The notes: generated from the letters alone by a model not told the origin. Counted from the first letter of the stretch, positions 10,347 through 20,242 are shown. The stretch is DNA of 64,000 nt from an uncultured Fidelibacterota bacterium (GCA_902526795.1 CABZMF010000003.1:88190-152189); one strand, 5' to 3'. Program-made: numbers and translations.

Positions 10347-10937
10347 CTATTGCATCTCTTGAACTTTAGAAACAAATTTTTGGATTGCTTTACCTCTATG
10401 ACTAATCTTATTTTTTAATTTTGAATCCATTTCAGCTAATGACATTTCATATTCTGTCGACAAAAAAATTGGATCATATCCAAATCCATTATTACCAACT
10501 TTTTTTTGTAAGATTCTACCTTCTAATACCCCTTCTACAGAAAAATCATTTTCTCCATCTACGTAGGAAATAACGGTTCGAAATCGTGCAGTTCGTAAAC
10601 TATTTTCTACGCCATATAAATTATCTAATAATTTTGTCATATTCTTCTCATAGGTTGCTCTTTTACCAGCATATCTTGCTGTATATAACCCAGGCTCACC
10701 ATTCAAAGCATCTACTTCTAAAATAGTATCATCTGCAACAGATGCTATTTTTGTATGAAAAAATGAAGCCCTTGACTTTATAAACGAATTTTCTTCAATA
10801 GTGTTTCCATCTTCAATTATTTCTCCAATTTTAGGAAAATCTGATAAAGATAGTATGTTTTCAAAAAATGGTTGAATCTTAATTGATATTTCAGAAATTT
10901 TATGTTTATTTGAAGAAGCTATAACAATTTTTTTCAC
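10347..10937 (-). CDS. rdgB: Non-canonical purine NTP pyrophosphatase (RdgB/HAM1)
   Basis: ASSNKHK, ADDT.L.VDALNGEPGLYTARYAG, GFGYDPIF and KNKISHRG motifs; GTG start. Confidence 0.95.
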   Translation of the reverse strand: MKKIVIASSNKHKISEISIKIQPFFENILSLSDFPKIGEIIEDGNTIEENSFIKSRASFFHTKIASVADDTILEVDALNGEPGLYTARYAGKRATYEKNMTKLLDNLYGVENSLRTARFRTVISYVDGENDFSVEGVLEGRILQKKVGNNGFGYDPIFLSTEYEMSLAEMDSKLKNKISHRGKAIQKFVSKVQEMQ

Positions 10938-10942
10938 TTCTT

Positions 10943-10992
10943 AAGCTAAGAAATATTTATGTGTTTTTTAAATAACTAATATTGCTTAGCTT
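10943..10992. repeat. 15-bp inverted repeat (14/15 match, 20-nt spacer) in the divergent rdgB / tRNA-Phe intergenic region
   Basis: AAGCTAAGAAATATT at 10943-10957 versus AATATTGCTTAGCTT at 10978-10992. Confidence 0.6.
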
Positions 10993-11006
10993 TTCGAACA
11001 TTTATC

Positions 11007-11079
<73 letters not shown>

Positions 11080-11088
11080 CTTTAAATT

Positions 11089-11622
11089 ATGAACCTGAAC
11101 AAAAAAAATATATTAATCGCAGTTTTAATTATACTTTTCATTGTATTGATTGGTTCCTTTTTGAGACAACCTAAAATTTATACTTTCTACAAAGAGCAAT
11201 TTGTTCCAAGTGATATGGATACTGTTTTTGAATTTTTTTCTAGACCTGAAAACCTTGAAAAAATTACTCCATCATCAATGGGCTTTAATATCATTACTCC
11301 TTCACCGATTGAAATGAAAGAGGGTGCAATAATAGATTATACCGTTAAAATTATGGGCGTACCAATGCGATGGAGAACAATGATTACAAGTTATAAGAAA
11401 AATGAATATTTTGTTGATGAACAATTAAAAGGTCCTTATAGCTATTGGCACCATAGGCATTCATTTAAAGAAGTTGAAGGTGGTGTACTAATAATTGATG
11501 AAATCACTTATGCTCTACCCATTCAAGCATTTAGAAAAATTGTTCATCCGGTTCTCATCAAGCCTCAGATAGAGCAAATCTTTAATTTCAGATTTAAAAC
11601 TATTCAAGATAAATTCAAATAA
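11089..11622 (+). CDS. SRPBCC/START-like protein with an N-terminal membrane anchor
   Basis: VFEFFSRPENLEKITP...FVDEQLKGPYSYWHHRHSF...DEITY pattern, preceded by a hydrophobic helix. Confidence 0.82.
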   Translation: MNLNKKNILIAVLIILFIVLIGSFLRQPKIYTFYKEQFVPSDMDTVFEFFSRPENLEKITPSSMGFNIITPSPIEMKEGAIIDYTVKIMGVPMRWRTMITSYKKNEYFVDEQLKGPYSYWHHRHSFKEVEGGVLIIDEITYALPIQAFRKIVHPVLIKPQIEQIFNFRFKTIQDKFK

Positions 11623-12158
11623 TGATTAATTACATTCTTTCAAAAGCAAACATATTAATTAATTATGTTGGATTCACTATTGTTTGGTTTTCGTGTGTAT
11701 ACAGCGGTGCGCAAGGAAATCCAATTATTGCCATTGTACCTACTTTTATTTTTTTATTATTACATTTCTCAATTGTGACAGATCATTTGAAACAAGAAAT
11801 CCAATTGATAATTATATCAATCATACTTGGACTGGTTGTGGACTCCAGTTTTTCTTTACTTGGGTTTGTGAAATACAACGGTACATTAGATTTTGCGCCA
11901 AATCTAGCACCGCTGTGGATAATTTGTATGTGGGCAGGTTTTACTGCTCAGATAAATCATGTCATGAAATTTTTGATTGGTAAATATTTACTGATTTGTT
12001 TCTATGGATTACTTGCACCTTTAGCATATATTGCTGGAGAAGGTATTGGTGCAGCAATAGTTGAAGATACTTATTTATCTTATGGTTTTATTAGCATAGC
12101 TTGGTCAATAAGTTTATTATCTTTATTCAAAATTTCAGAATACCTCATGAGTAAATAA
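11622..12158 (+). CDS. DUF2878 family membrane protein
   Basis: INYVGFTIVWFSCV...APLWIICMWAGF...LAPLAYIAG pattern; about 6 hydrophobic segments. Confidence 0.75.
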   Translation: MINYILSKANILINYVGFTIVWFSCVYSGAQGNPIIAIVPTFIFLLLHFSIVTDHLKQEIQLIIISIILGLVVDSSFSLLGFVKYNGTLDFAPNLAPLWIICMWAGFTAQINHVMKFLIGKYLLICFYGLLAPLAYIAGEGIGAAIVEDTYLSYGFISIAWSISLLSLFKISEYLMSK

Positions 12159-12159
12159 A

Positions 12160-13584
12160 ATGAACAAAATTATTTTTTTAATCACATTATTCTTTTTGGG
12201 TTGTGCATCGCAAAAACCTATTGAACCCAATCAAGTTGTAGATTTAGATGTTCCCGAACAATGGGAGGTTAATATTTCACAAAATTTAGATTTTGAGCAG
12301 GAGTGGTGGAATATTTTTAATGATAACAATCTTAATTCATATATGATAGAATTTATGGATGAAAATATAAATCTTGAAATAGCCATGCTAAATACTAGAA
12401 AAGCAAAACAAGCATCAATAATTGCAACGGGTAGTTTATTCCCATCAATTTCAGTTAATAGCAGTGCTGTTGAATCTGAACAGAATACTGCAGGATTTCC
12501 TCCATTTTTTTCAACTTTATTTGGTCAATCATCAGATGAAGTAACGGTATTTACTCAAGAAAATTATAATCTATCACTCGCAACGCAATGGGAAATTGAT
12601 TTATGGGGCAAACTTCGTCAAGGAAGAATTGCAACTAAACAACAATATTTATCTGCTAAGTATTTTGAAGATTTCCTTAAGCTTTCTCTTACTGCTGAAG
12701 CATCTAAACTTTACTTTGCAATAATAGAAGCAGAGCAAGTTTTAAACAACGCATCAAAAAAACTTAAGAATGCAGAAACTATTTTTGAGTTATACTCTTT
12801 ACGCTACAACAAAGGGAGTATTTCCATACAAGCGTATCAACAATCAAAAATAATATTTAATGCTACAAAATCTGATTATAATAACAAACTTTTAATGTTC
12901 AATTCTCTTAAAAGAGAAGCTAGACTACTTGTAAAAAACTATCCTTCAACAGAATTTTTAGTTAATAATAATTTTCCTAAAAAATTACCAAGTATTCCAA
13001 ATACTCTTCCTGCAGATATTGTAAAAAGAAGACCAGATCTAATTGCTCAACAATATAATCTACTTGCTAATAAAGCATTAGATAGACAAGCACTTCTTAC
13101 TTTATTCCCAACATTCAGTCTCAGTGGAAGCTATGGAAGCTCGTCAAATGATTTAGAAGACTTAACTAATGAAGATTTTTCAGTATGGAATAAAGGATTA
13201 AACGTTTTTATGCCAGTATTTAATGCAGGAAAACTTATTGCAAATAAAAAATTGGCCAAATCAAATAGAGAAATTGCAATGCTTGATTTTGTTAATGCTC
13301 TGTTAACTGCATATAAAGAAATAGAAAGTGGATTTGAATCTGATTTGACATCAAATCAAGCTTTAGAAATAATTAACGAAAATATTACTTTATCTGAAAA
13401 CATTTACAATACGACTTTTGACGGATTTATGAAAGGATCTTCATCATTTGAAGACGCTATCAATGCCAATAATGCGCTTTACGATAATCTTGATTTAAAA
13501 GCTCGATTAGAAAAAGTTCGCATAGAACAAAGAATAAATTTAATTTTAGCCCTTGGCGGAGGGTTTAACATAACAAATGATTGA
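12160..13584 (+). CDS. Outer-membrane efflux lipoprotein (TolC/NodT/OprM family)
   Basis: Lipobox FLGC; WEIDLWGKLR, RRPDL and ALGGG motifs. Confidence 0.92.
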   Translation: MNKIIFLITLFFLGCASQKPIEPNQVVDLDVPEQWEVNISQNLDFEQEWWNIFNDNNLNSYMIEFMDENINLEIAMLNTRKAKQASIIATGSLFPSISVNSSAVESEQNTAGFPPFFSTLFGQSSDEVTVFTQENYNLSLATQWEIDLWGKLRQGRIATKQQYLSAKYFEDFLKLSLTAEASKLYFAIIEAEQVLNNASKKLKNAETIFELYSLRYNKGSISIQAYQQSKIIFNATKSDYNNKLLMFNSLKREARLLVKNYPSTEFLVNNNFPKKLPSIPNTLPADIVKRRPDLIAQQYNLLANKALDRQALLTLFPTFSLSGSYGSSSNDLEDLTNEDFSVWNKGLNVFMPVFNAGKLIANKKLAKSNREIAMLDFVNALLTAYKEIESGFESDLTSNQALEIINENITLSENIYNTTFDGFMKGSSSFEDAINANNALYDNLDLKARLEKVRIEQRINLILALGGGFNITND

Positions 13585-14719
13585 AAAATTAAAACCATTA
13601 TTTATTTTATTGGGAGCATTTGCTTTATCATATTTGCTCTGGTTTCTAGGACAGGTTCAGCCTGACCCAGTTGAAGAATTGCCTCCACCGGATGTTATTG
13701 TTGAAATTTTAACACCAAAAGATTTTCAAGTTCAAATAAGTTCAAACGGTACAACAACTCCTTTTACTCAAACAGTGTTAACTGCAGAAGTAGGTGGTGA
13801 AGTTATTTATCGTTCAAAAAAGTTTGCAGAAGGTGCATCAGTTATTGAAGGTGAAATTTTAGCAAAAATTGATGACACGGATTTACAACTCCAATACAAG
13901 AATGCCTTATTACAATTGGCGAATGCTGAAGTTCAATATTCTCTACAATTAGCCGAAGCTGAAGTTGCAAAGGAAGCTTGGGATAAAATTGGTGATGGAG
14001 CTGCAAGTGATTTGACTCTCAAAAAACCACAATTGAAACAAGCAGAAGCTTTCTTAGAGGTTGCAAAAGCACAAGTAAGTTCTGCAGCTAAAAAATTAAA
14101 TAAAACCGAGATCATTGCTCCATATCCTGGAAGAATTCAAAATGTTAATATTGACTTGGGGACTACTATTATTCCTGGTCAACCAGTTGGAGCTATGTAT
14201 ACATCAAGTGAAATTGAAATTACATTAGCTGTGAAAGACAATGATTTACAATTTTTAAGTATTCCAATGGATGGAAGAAAACTTAATAAAAGTGAACAAG
14301 CATCGGTAGTAATTGAAAGTTTTTACAAAGGAAAAACTCAATCTTGGAAAGGTAAACTTGAAAGAGTTGACGGGGTAATAGATCCTGTAACAAGGATGAT
14401 TAATCTTATAGCGGTCTTTAAAAATGACTTTATTGAATCAGATAAACCTAATCTTCCTATTGGCCTTTTTGTTGAAGCAAAAATTGATGGCATTACACTA
14501 AAGAATATTTTTGAAATTCCAATTAATTCTATTTCTGTAGACAATGAAGTATATATTGTTGACAAAGATAATCAACTCGAGTTAAGAGAATTAACTATTT
14601 TAAAAAAATATAGTGAATTTGTGATTATTAAAGATGGATTAAAAGCTGGGGAGAGGATTGTTACTTCAAAACTTTCTACAGCTTCGAACGGAATTAAAGT
14701 TAACCCAGTTTATAAATAA
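13577..14719 (+). CDS. RND efflux periplasmic adaptor (membrane fusion protein)
   Basis: N-terminal TM helix, AEVGGEV lipoyl half-motif, IIAPYPG, DPVTRMI, GLKAGE. Confidence 0.93.
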   Translation: MIEKLKPLFILLGAFALSYLLWFLGQVQPDPVEELPPPDVIVEILTPKDFQVQISSNGTTTPFTQTVLTAEVGGEVIYRSKKFAEGASVIEGEILAKIDDTDLQLQYKNALLQLANAEVQYSLQLAEAEVAKEAWDKIGDGAASDLTLKKPQLKQAEAFLEVAKAQVSSAAKKLNKTEIIAPYPGRIQNVNIDLGTTIIPGQPVGAMYTSSEIEITLAVKDNDLQFLSIPMDGRKLNKSEQASVVIESFYKGKTQSWKGKLERVDGVIDPVTRMINLIAVFKNDFIESDKPNLPIGLFVEAKIDGITLKNIFEIPINSISVDNEVYIVDKDNQLELRELTILKKYSEFVIIKDGLKAGERIVTSKLSTASNGIKVNPVYK

Positions 14720-17700
14720 TGCGCAGTATAGTTACTTGGTTTGTTAATAATAGTGTTCCTGCAAACCTATTTATGTTTTTTTTAATAGTAGGCGGATTTT
14801 TTGTATCATATCCCTCAATAAAAGCTGAATTCTTTCCAGTACCAGATCCTAAAGCTGTAACTATTATTGTTCCATATCCTGGAGCTTCTGCTTCAGAAGT
14901 TGAAGCTTCAATTTCTTCAAAAATTGAAGATAGACTTGAAGGTGTTTCAGGAATAAAAAAAATCAATTCAAATTCTTTAGAAGGTGGTGGATATGTAGGA
15001 GTTAGAATATTCGCTAGTGCTGATTTCGATAACACTTTTGAAGAAATCAAAACTATTGTTGATGGAATAACCACATTCCCAGAAAATAGTGAAGAGCCTG
15101 TTATCAAGAAACTTGAAATAACCGAAAAAGTTCTGGATGTCGTTATTCATGGTGATGTAGATGAAAACGTTTTACTTAGTATAACAAAAAGTATTAATAA
15201 TGAAATAAAAAATCTTAGTGAAGTTTCGTTTACAGAAATTAATGGAAATAGAAATAGAGAAATATCCATTGAGATTTCTGAAAATAGTTTAGAAAAATAT
15301 AATTTAACTTTTGATGAGATTGCATTTGCAATAAATATGGGCTCAATCGATTTACCCGGTGGTGTTATCTCTAGCACTAAAGGTGATTTACTTATAAGAA
15401 CAGTTGGCCAGTCGTACAAAGGCGATGAATTTGAAAATATTGTAATTAGAACGAATGCAAATGGTAGCACTCTGCTCTTAAAAGACGTTGCAATCATAAA
15501 AGATACTTTTGAAGATGTTGATAAATTTTTCAAATGGAATGGTACTAAAGCAATGTTTATAAGTGTAAATCTAGTTGGTGACCAAGATGTTTTAGATGCT
15601 GCAAATCAGCTGAGGAATTTTGTAAAAAATAAAAAAAGTGACATGCCCGAAAATATTCAAATTGATTATTGGTATGATCAAGCAAGATTTCTCGAGGATA
15701 GAATAAATATTTTATATAAAAATTTCGCAATTGGAATGTGCTTAGTTCTGATTCTTTTAACTATGTTTTTAAGGCCATCAGTCGCTTTTTGGGTTGCCAT
15801 GGGTATTCCTATATCTTTTGGAGGTGCATTATTATTACTTCCAATATTAGGAGTTACAATAAATGTATTATCAACTTTTATGTTTATAGTTGTGCTTGGA
15901 ATTGTGGTTGATGATGCCATTATTGTTGGTGAAAATGTATTTCGTCGAAGAATTAAGTTCAATGAAGATAATTTTACTTCTACCGTAAAGGGTACTATGG
16001 AAGTAATGCTTCCAGTATTTTTTGGAATTTTAACAACAATAGTTGTTTTTGCACCTATGCTTGATTTAGCAGGAGATACTGGACCAATATGGAGGACATT
16101 TCCTTTAACAGCTATTCCTATTTTGGTTTTTTCACTTATAGAATCGACAACAATCTTACCTGCACATTTAAATCATGCTGGCGAATGGTTTCAATATCGT
16201 TTTGTAAAATTTGGAAACGCCCTAAGATCTGCAAGAAATTATTTCTCAGAAAAATTATATACTTTTGTTGACAATAGTTGGCTTCCTTTGGTGCAAAAAT
16301 CTATCAAAAATCGTTATCAAACTGTTTCAATTTTTGTAGGTGTACTACTTGTTTCATTTTCATTGCTTGCTGGCGGATGGGTAAAATGGCAGTTTTTCCC
16401 AGTACTAGAAGCTGAAGAAATTGCAATTGTTGTTGATCTTCCGGAGGGGACTCCAATAAATATAACGGAGAACGTGACAAAAATGGTTGAGACAGAAGCT
16501 TTAAAACTTAAAAATGAATTAAATTTGGAAAATAATAGAACAATAATATCTCATGTTATGACAACCGTAGGTGATCAGTATTTTAGTGCACAAGAAGCAG
16601 AAAGCAGTCCAACTGGACCGGTACTGAAAGCCAGCTCTACCCCTCATCTTGGTGAAATCGTAGTTATATTAACCCCTGCTGATAGTAGATGGGGATTAAC
16701 TGGTGCTTATGATATTATTAATATTTTGAGAGAAAGAGTTGGAGTTATTCCTGGTGTTGAAAGATTGAATTTTAGTGCAAATATCTTTAGTGCTGGTAAA
16801 CCAATTCATTTTGAATTTTTAGGTAACAACTTTGGCGATTTAAATCGAGTAGTTAAAGATACTAAATCACTTCTTAGTAATTATTCTGGTATATATGATC
16901 TAAATGATTCCGATAAAATTGGTAAAAGTGAACTACAAATAGAGCTACTACCTGCAGCGGAATCATATGGACTTACTACAGCCGTAATAGCAAACCAAGT
17001 AAGACAAGCTTTTTATGGGGAAGAAGTTCAAAGAATACAACGCCAAGATGATGATATCAAAGTTATGCTAAAACTAACAAAAAATGAGCGAGATAATTCA
17101 CGAACACTTGAAAATTTAAGAATTCGAACAAATAATGGTATCAAAATACCACTATATGCTGTTGCAAAAGTAAAAGAGATACCTGGAAAATCTGCAATTA
17201 AAAGAATTGATGGTAAAAGGGTCGTAGAGGTTACCTCTGATGTTGACATTAGTAAAAATACATCCTCAATGATATTATCTACAATGATTGGCCCAGAAGG
17301 AAATCCAATAAATAGTTTGAAAAATATCTTAGATAAAGAACCAGGAGTATCTTTTTCCCTAGCTGGAGAACCAGCAGAGCAAGCTGAACAACTTCAAGAT
17401 ATTTTTGTGAAATTTCTAATAGCAATTTTTACCATTTTTGTTCTTTTAGCAATTCCTTTGAAATCATATTTCAAGCCGTTAATCATTCTTTCAGCTATTC
17501 CATTTGGTATGGTTGGTGCAATTATTGGGCATTTAATGCTTTTTCAGCCGATGTCAGTTTTATCTTTATTGGGTGTAGTAGCACTTTCCGGTGTTGTGGT
17601 AAATGATAGTTTACTTTTAGTAGTTTTTGTAAATAGAGCTAAAGAAAATGGTGATAAAACCCTAACAGCAGTGATAGATGCTGTTCGATCAAGATTTAGA

Positions 17701-17916
17701 CCAGTAATACTTACATCTCTTACAACTTTTTTAGGAATTGCTCCCTTATTATTTAATCAATCAACGCAAGTTTTATTTCTGAAACCAATGGCAATATCAT
17801 TAGGAATAGGAATTTTGTTTGCAACATTTGTTATTCTTCTTCTTGTACCAGTTTCATACGTAATTATTGATGATTTTATAAACTTTATATCAGGAAATAA
17901 AAACAATAAAGCTTAG
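14719..17916 (+). CDS. RND efflux permease (AcrB/AcrD/AcrF family)
   Basis: 1065 aa; LGIVVDDAIIVGEN, GVVVNDSLLLV and RFRPVILTSLTT motifs. Confidence 0.95.
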   Translation: MRSIVTWFVNNSVPANLFMFFLIVGGFFVSYPSIKAEFFPVPDPKAVTIIVPYPGASASEVEASISSKIEDRLEGVSGIKKINSNSLEGGGYVGVRIFASADFDNTFEEIKTIVDGITTFPENSEEPVIKKLEITEKVLDVVIHGDVDENVLLSITKSINNEIKNLSEVSFTEINGNRNREISIEISENSLEKYNLTFDEIAFAINMGSIDLPGGVISSTKGDLLIRTVGQSYKGDEFENIVIRTNANGSTLLLKDVAIIKDTFEDVDKFFKWNGTKAMFISVNLVGDQDVLDAANQLRNFVKNKKSDMPENIQIDYWYDQARFLEDRINILYKNFAIGMCLVLILLTMFLRPSVAFWVAMGIPISFGGALLLLPILGVTINVLSTFMFIVVLGIVVDDAIIVGENVFRRRIKFNEDNFTSTVKGTMEVMLPVFFGILTTIVVFAPMLDLAGDTGPIWRTFPLTAIPILVFSLIESTTILPAHLNHAGEWFQYRFVKFGNALRSARNYFSEKLYTFVDNSWLPLVQKSIKNRYQTVSIFVGVLLVSFSLLAGGWVKWQFFPVLEAEEIAIVVDLPEGTPINITENVTKMVETEALKLKNELNLENNRTIISHVMTTVGDQYFSAQEAESSPTGPVLKASSTPHLGEIVVILTPADSRWGLTGAYDIINILRERVGVIPGVERLNFSANIFSAGKPIHFEFLGNNFGDLNRVVKDTKSLLSNYSGIYDLNDSDKIGKSELQIELLPAAESYGLTTAVIANQVRQAFYGEEVQRIQRQDDDIKVMLKLTKNERDNSRTLENLRIRTNNGIKIPLYAVAKVKEIPGKSAIKRIDGKRVVEVTSDVDISKNTSSMILSTMIGPEGNPINSLKNILDKEPGVSFSLAGEPAEQAEQLQDIFVKFLIAIFTIFVLLAIPLKSYFKPLIILSAIPFGMVGAIIGHLMLFQPMSVLSLLGVVALSGVVVNDSLLLVVFVNRAKENGDKTLTAVIDAVRSRFRPVILTSLTTFLGIAPLLFNQSTQVLFLKPMAISLGIGILFATFVILLLVPVSYVIIDDFINFISGNKNNKA

Positions 17917-18545
17917 GCTTCAAACTGAGAGTATTTATTGTAAGTAATTTTAGTAGGTTCGTCGTAATCGATTTTTATAATTGCTTTTTTTAAAATTCTT
18001 TTTAGAATAATCAGCCTATCTTTCTCTGATTGACTTTTCAACAACATTTTTTTTGCACGTTTATCTATATCCAGCATTGATGCAACTTCAAATGCGGCCC
18101 TTGGCATTGAAATTTGTGATATTTTTGATGAAGCTCCTAACTTCATTAATACTTCATATAAAAATACGTTTGTTTCTTGTAGCAAAATTTCATCAACAGA
18201 ATCATCGATATCCTGCCAAGTTTTTACATATGCTTGCTTAAAGTCTTTTGAAAAATTATAGCTCTTAATAATGAATCGTTCAACTCCTGTTACTAGAATG
18301 TCATATTCACCAGTATCATTCCCTGATGTGGCTATCTGCGTAATTTCTGCAGTACATCCAATTGTTAGGGTATCATTATTTTTTGAATTAATAATTCCAA
18401 ACTTTTTATTATGCTTTAAACAATATTCAATCATCTTTTTATACTTTGCCTCAAAGATGTGAAGCGGGAGTTTCTCACCTGGCAAAAGAACTAAAGGAAG
18501 CGGAAAAATTGGGATTTTATCATTCATTGTATTATCAAAATACAT
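17913..18545 (-). CDS. Stand-alone Lon N-terminal substrate-binding domain protein
   Basis: IPIFPLPLVLLPGEKLPLHIFEAKYKKM...IGCTAEI...G..RF; no AAA+ or protease domain. The start may be ATG 18527. Confidence 0.88.
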   Translation of the reverse strand: MYFDNTMNDKIPIFPLPLVLLPGEKLPLHIFEAKYKKMIEYCLKHNKKFGIINSKNNDTLTIGCTAEITQIATSGNDTGEYDILVTGVERFIIKSYNFSKDFKQAYVKTWQDIDDSVDEILLQETNVFLYEVLMKLGASSKISQISMPRAAFEVASMLDIDKRAKKMLLKSQSEKDRLIILKRILKKAIIKIDYDEPTKITYNKYSQFEA

Positions 18546-18599
18546 ATTGTTTTATTAATTTTCACTATCAAAATTTAAATTTCAAATAAAAGGTGAAAA

Positions 18600-18896
18600 A
18601 TGAAAAAAGATGTATTAGACCATGTTGCAATTTGTACTGATAGTATTGAGAAATCAGTTTTATGGTATGTTGAGAATTTTAGATGTGATATTTTATATCA
18701 AGATGATACTTGGGCAATGCTTGAATTTGAAAATGTAAAGCTTGCACTTGTATTACCAGAACAACATCCATTCCATTTTGCAATATTAAAAGATAACGTA
18801 GAAGACTATGGAAAACCTGTAAAGCATAGAGATGGATCAGTATCTGTTTATATTAAAGATAGATCAGGCAATAATATCGAAATATTGAGGTATTAA
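18600..18896 (+). CDS. Single-domain VOC/glyoxalase family protein
   Basis: LDHVAI...WY...F...HFA...HRDGSVSVYIKDRSGNNIEI pattern. Confidence 0.8.
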   Translation: MKKDVLDHVAICTDSIEKSVLWYVENFRCDILYQDDTWAMLEFENVKLALVLPEQHPFHFAILKDNVEDYGKPVKHRDGSVSVYIKDRSGNNIEILRY

Positions 18897-18897
18897 G

Positions 18898-19761
18898 ATG
18901 AAAAGAATATTTATTTTAAATATTATAACAATTTCAATTATTGTATTACTCTCCTTAATCTCAACTCCGAATAACCAAGACCTTTCAAACCATCATTTAT
19001 TAATTGGATTTGGAACTGTAATAATATTCATGAGTGTTTTATGGTTAATAAGCTTAATTGTAAAGGACGCAAGTATTGTAGATATTTTTTGGGGACCTGC
19101 TTTTATTGTACTTGGTTCATCTCTTTTAATTTCAATGGATCAATTATATTCTGAACGTTCATTATTTATACTCTTTTTAGTATCACTTTGGGCGATAAGA
19201 TTAGCATCACATATAGGATTTAGAAATATTGGTCATGGGGAAGATTTTAGATATGTTGAATGGAGAAATGAAGGTGGTCAAAATTATTGGTGGATTAGTT
19301 TTGTAAGAGTTTTTTTACTTCAAGGTGCATTATGTACCTTGGTAGGATCATCTATCTATTTCGGATTTCTTAATGACGAACCTTTATCATTTGTTGAAGC
19401 TACGGTATCTGCAACAATCTTTTTTATTGGTTTAGCGTGGGAATCAATTAGCGATATTCAATTGCAAAGATTTAAAAAAGATAAAAGTAATAAAGGAAAA
19501 ATTTGTAAATCTGGACTATGGAAATATTCTAGGCATCCAAATTATTTTGGAGACCTTGTTGTTTGGATAAGTATTTTTACTTTTAGCATTTCAAGTAAGA
19601 ACATTCTATTAATTTTAGGTTCATTTCTAAGTCCATTGATTATGGGTGCAATTTTTTATTATATTACTGGCCCTATTATGGATCAAGCTATGATGCTTAG
19701 TAGGCCAGATTATAAAAAGTATATGGAAGAAAGTAATTCACTAATTCCAAAATTGAAATGA
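18898..19761 (+). CDS. DUF1295 (steroid 5-alpha-reductase-like) membrane protein
   Basis: DASIVDIFWG, EDFRY, DIQLQRFK, GLWKYSRHPNYFG motifs. Confidence 0.9.
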   Translation: MKRIFILNIITISIIVLLSLISTPNNQDLSNHHLLIGFGTVIIFMSVLWLISLIVKDASIVDIFWGPAFIVLGSSLLISMDQLYSERSLFILFLVSLWAIRLASHIGFRNIGHGEDFRYVEWRNEGGQNYWWISFVRVFLLQGALCTLVGSSIYFGFLNDEPLSFVEATVSATIFFIGLAWESISDIQLQRFKKDKSNKGKICKSGLWKYSRHPNYFGDLVVWISIFTFSISSKNILLILGSFLSPLIMGAIFYYITGPIMDQAMMLSRPDYKKYMEESNSLIPKLK

Positions 19762-19773
19762 AAGAGGGGAAAA

Positions 19774-20220
19774 ATGTATAACAAATTATTGTTAATAATT
19801 TCAATATTCCTATTTATAGCATGTGGCGGTGGAACACCACAAGAAGCTCAGGTTGTAAATATCGGATCTTTAGGTTCTGAGATGAAGTATGATGTTGAAG
19901 AATTCACTGTCAAAGCAGGTTCAAAGGTGAAACTTGTTTTAAAAAACAATACGCCATTAGACTATATGGGTGAAATGCAACATAATATTGTCATTTTTAA
20001 GGACGAATCCGCAGCAGCAGAAATCATTAAGTTAGCTGAAAGTTACTTTGGTGGAGATGCACCTGATGATAATCGAATTCTTGCTAAATCAATTTTGATT
20101 GATAAGCAGGAAGAAACAACAATTGAGTTTGATGCGCCAAAGCAAGCAGGTAGATATTTGTATGTATGTACCTATATAGCCCATGCTGGTTCTATGCGTG
20201 GTTATATGGTTGTTGTATAA
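19774..20220 (+). CDS. Azurin/auracyanin-like type-1 blue copper lipoprotein
   Basis: Lipobox FIAC; MQHNIV (His ligand) and CTYIAHAGSM (Cys, His and Met ligands). Confidence 0.88.
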   Translation: MYNKLLLIISIFLFIACGGGTPQEAQVVNIGSLGSEMKYDVEEFTVKAGSKVKLVLKNNTPLDYMGEMQHNIVIFKDESAAAEIIKLAESYFGGDAPDDNRILAKSILIDKQEETTIEFDAPKQAGRYLYVCTYIAHAGSMRGYMVVV

Positions 20221-20242
20221 CAATTATATAAACGATACTAGC

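Noticed and set aside
18571-18582. 12-bp palindrome AAATTTAAATTT
   Set aside because: Expected by chance at this A/T content.
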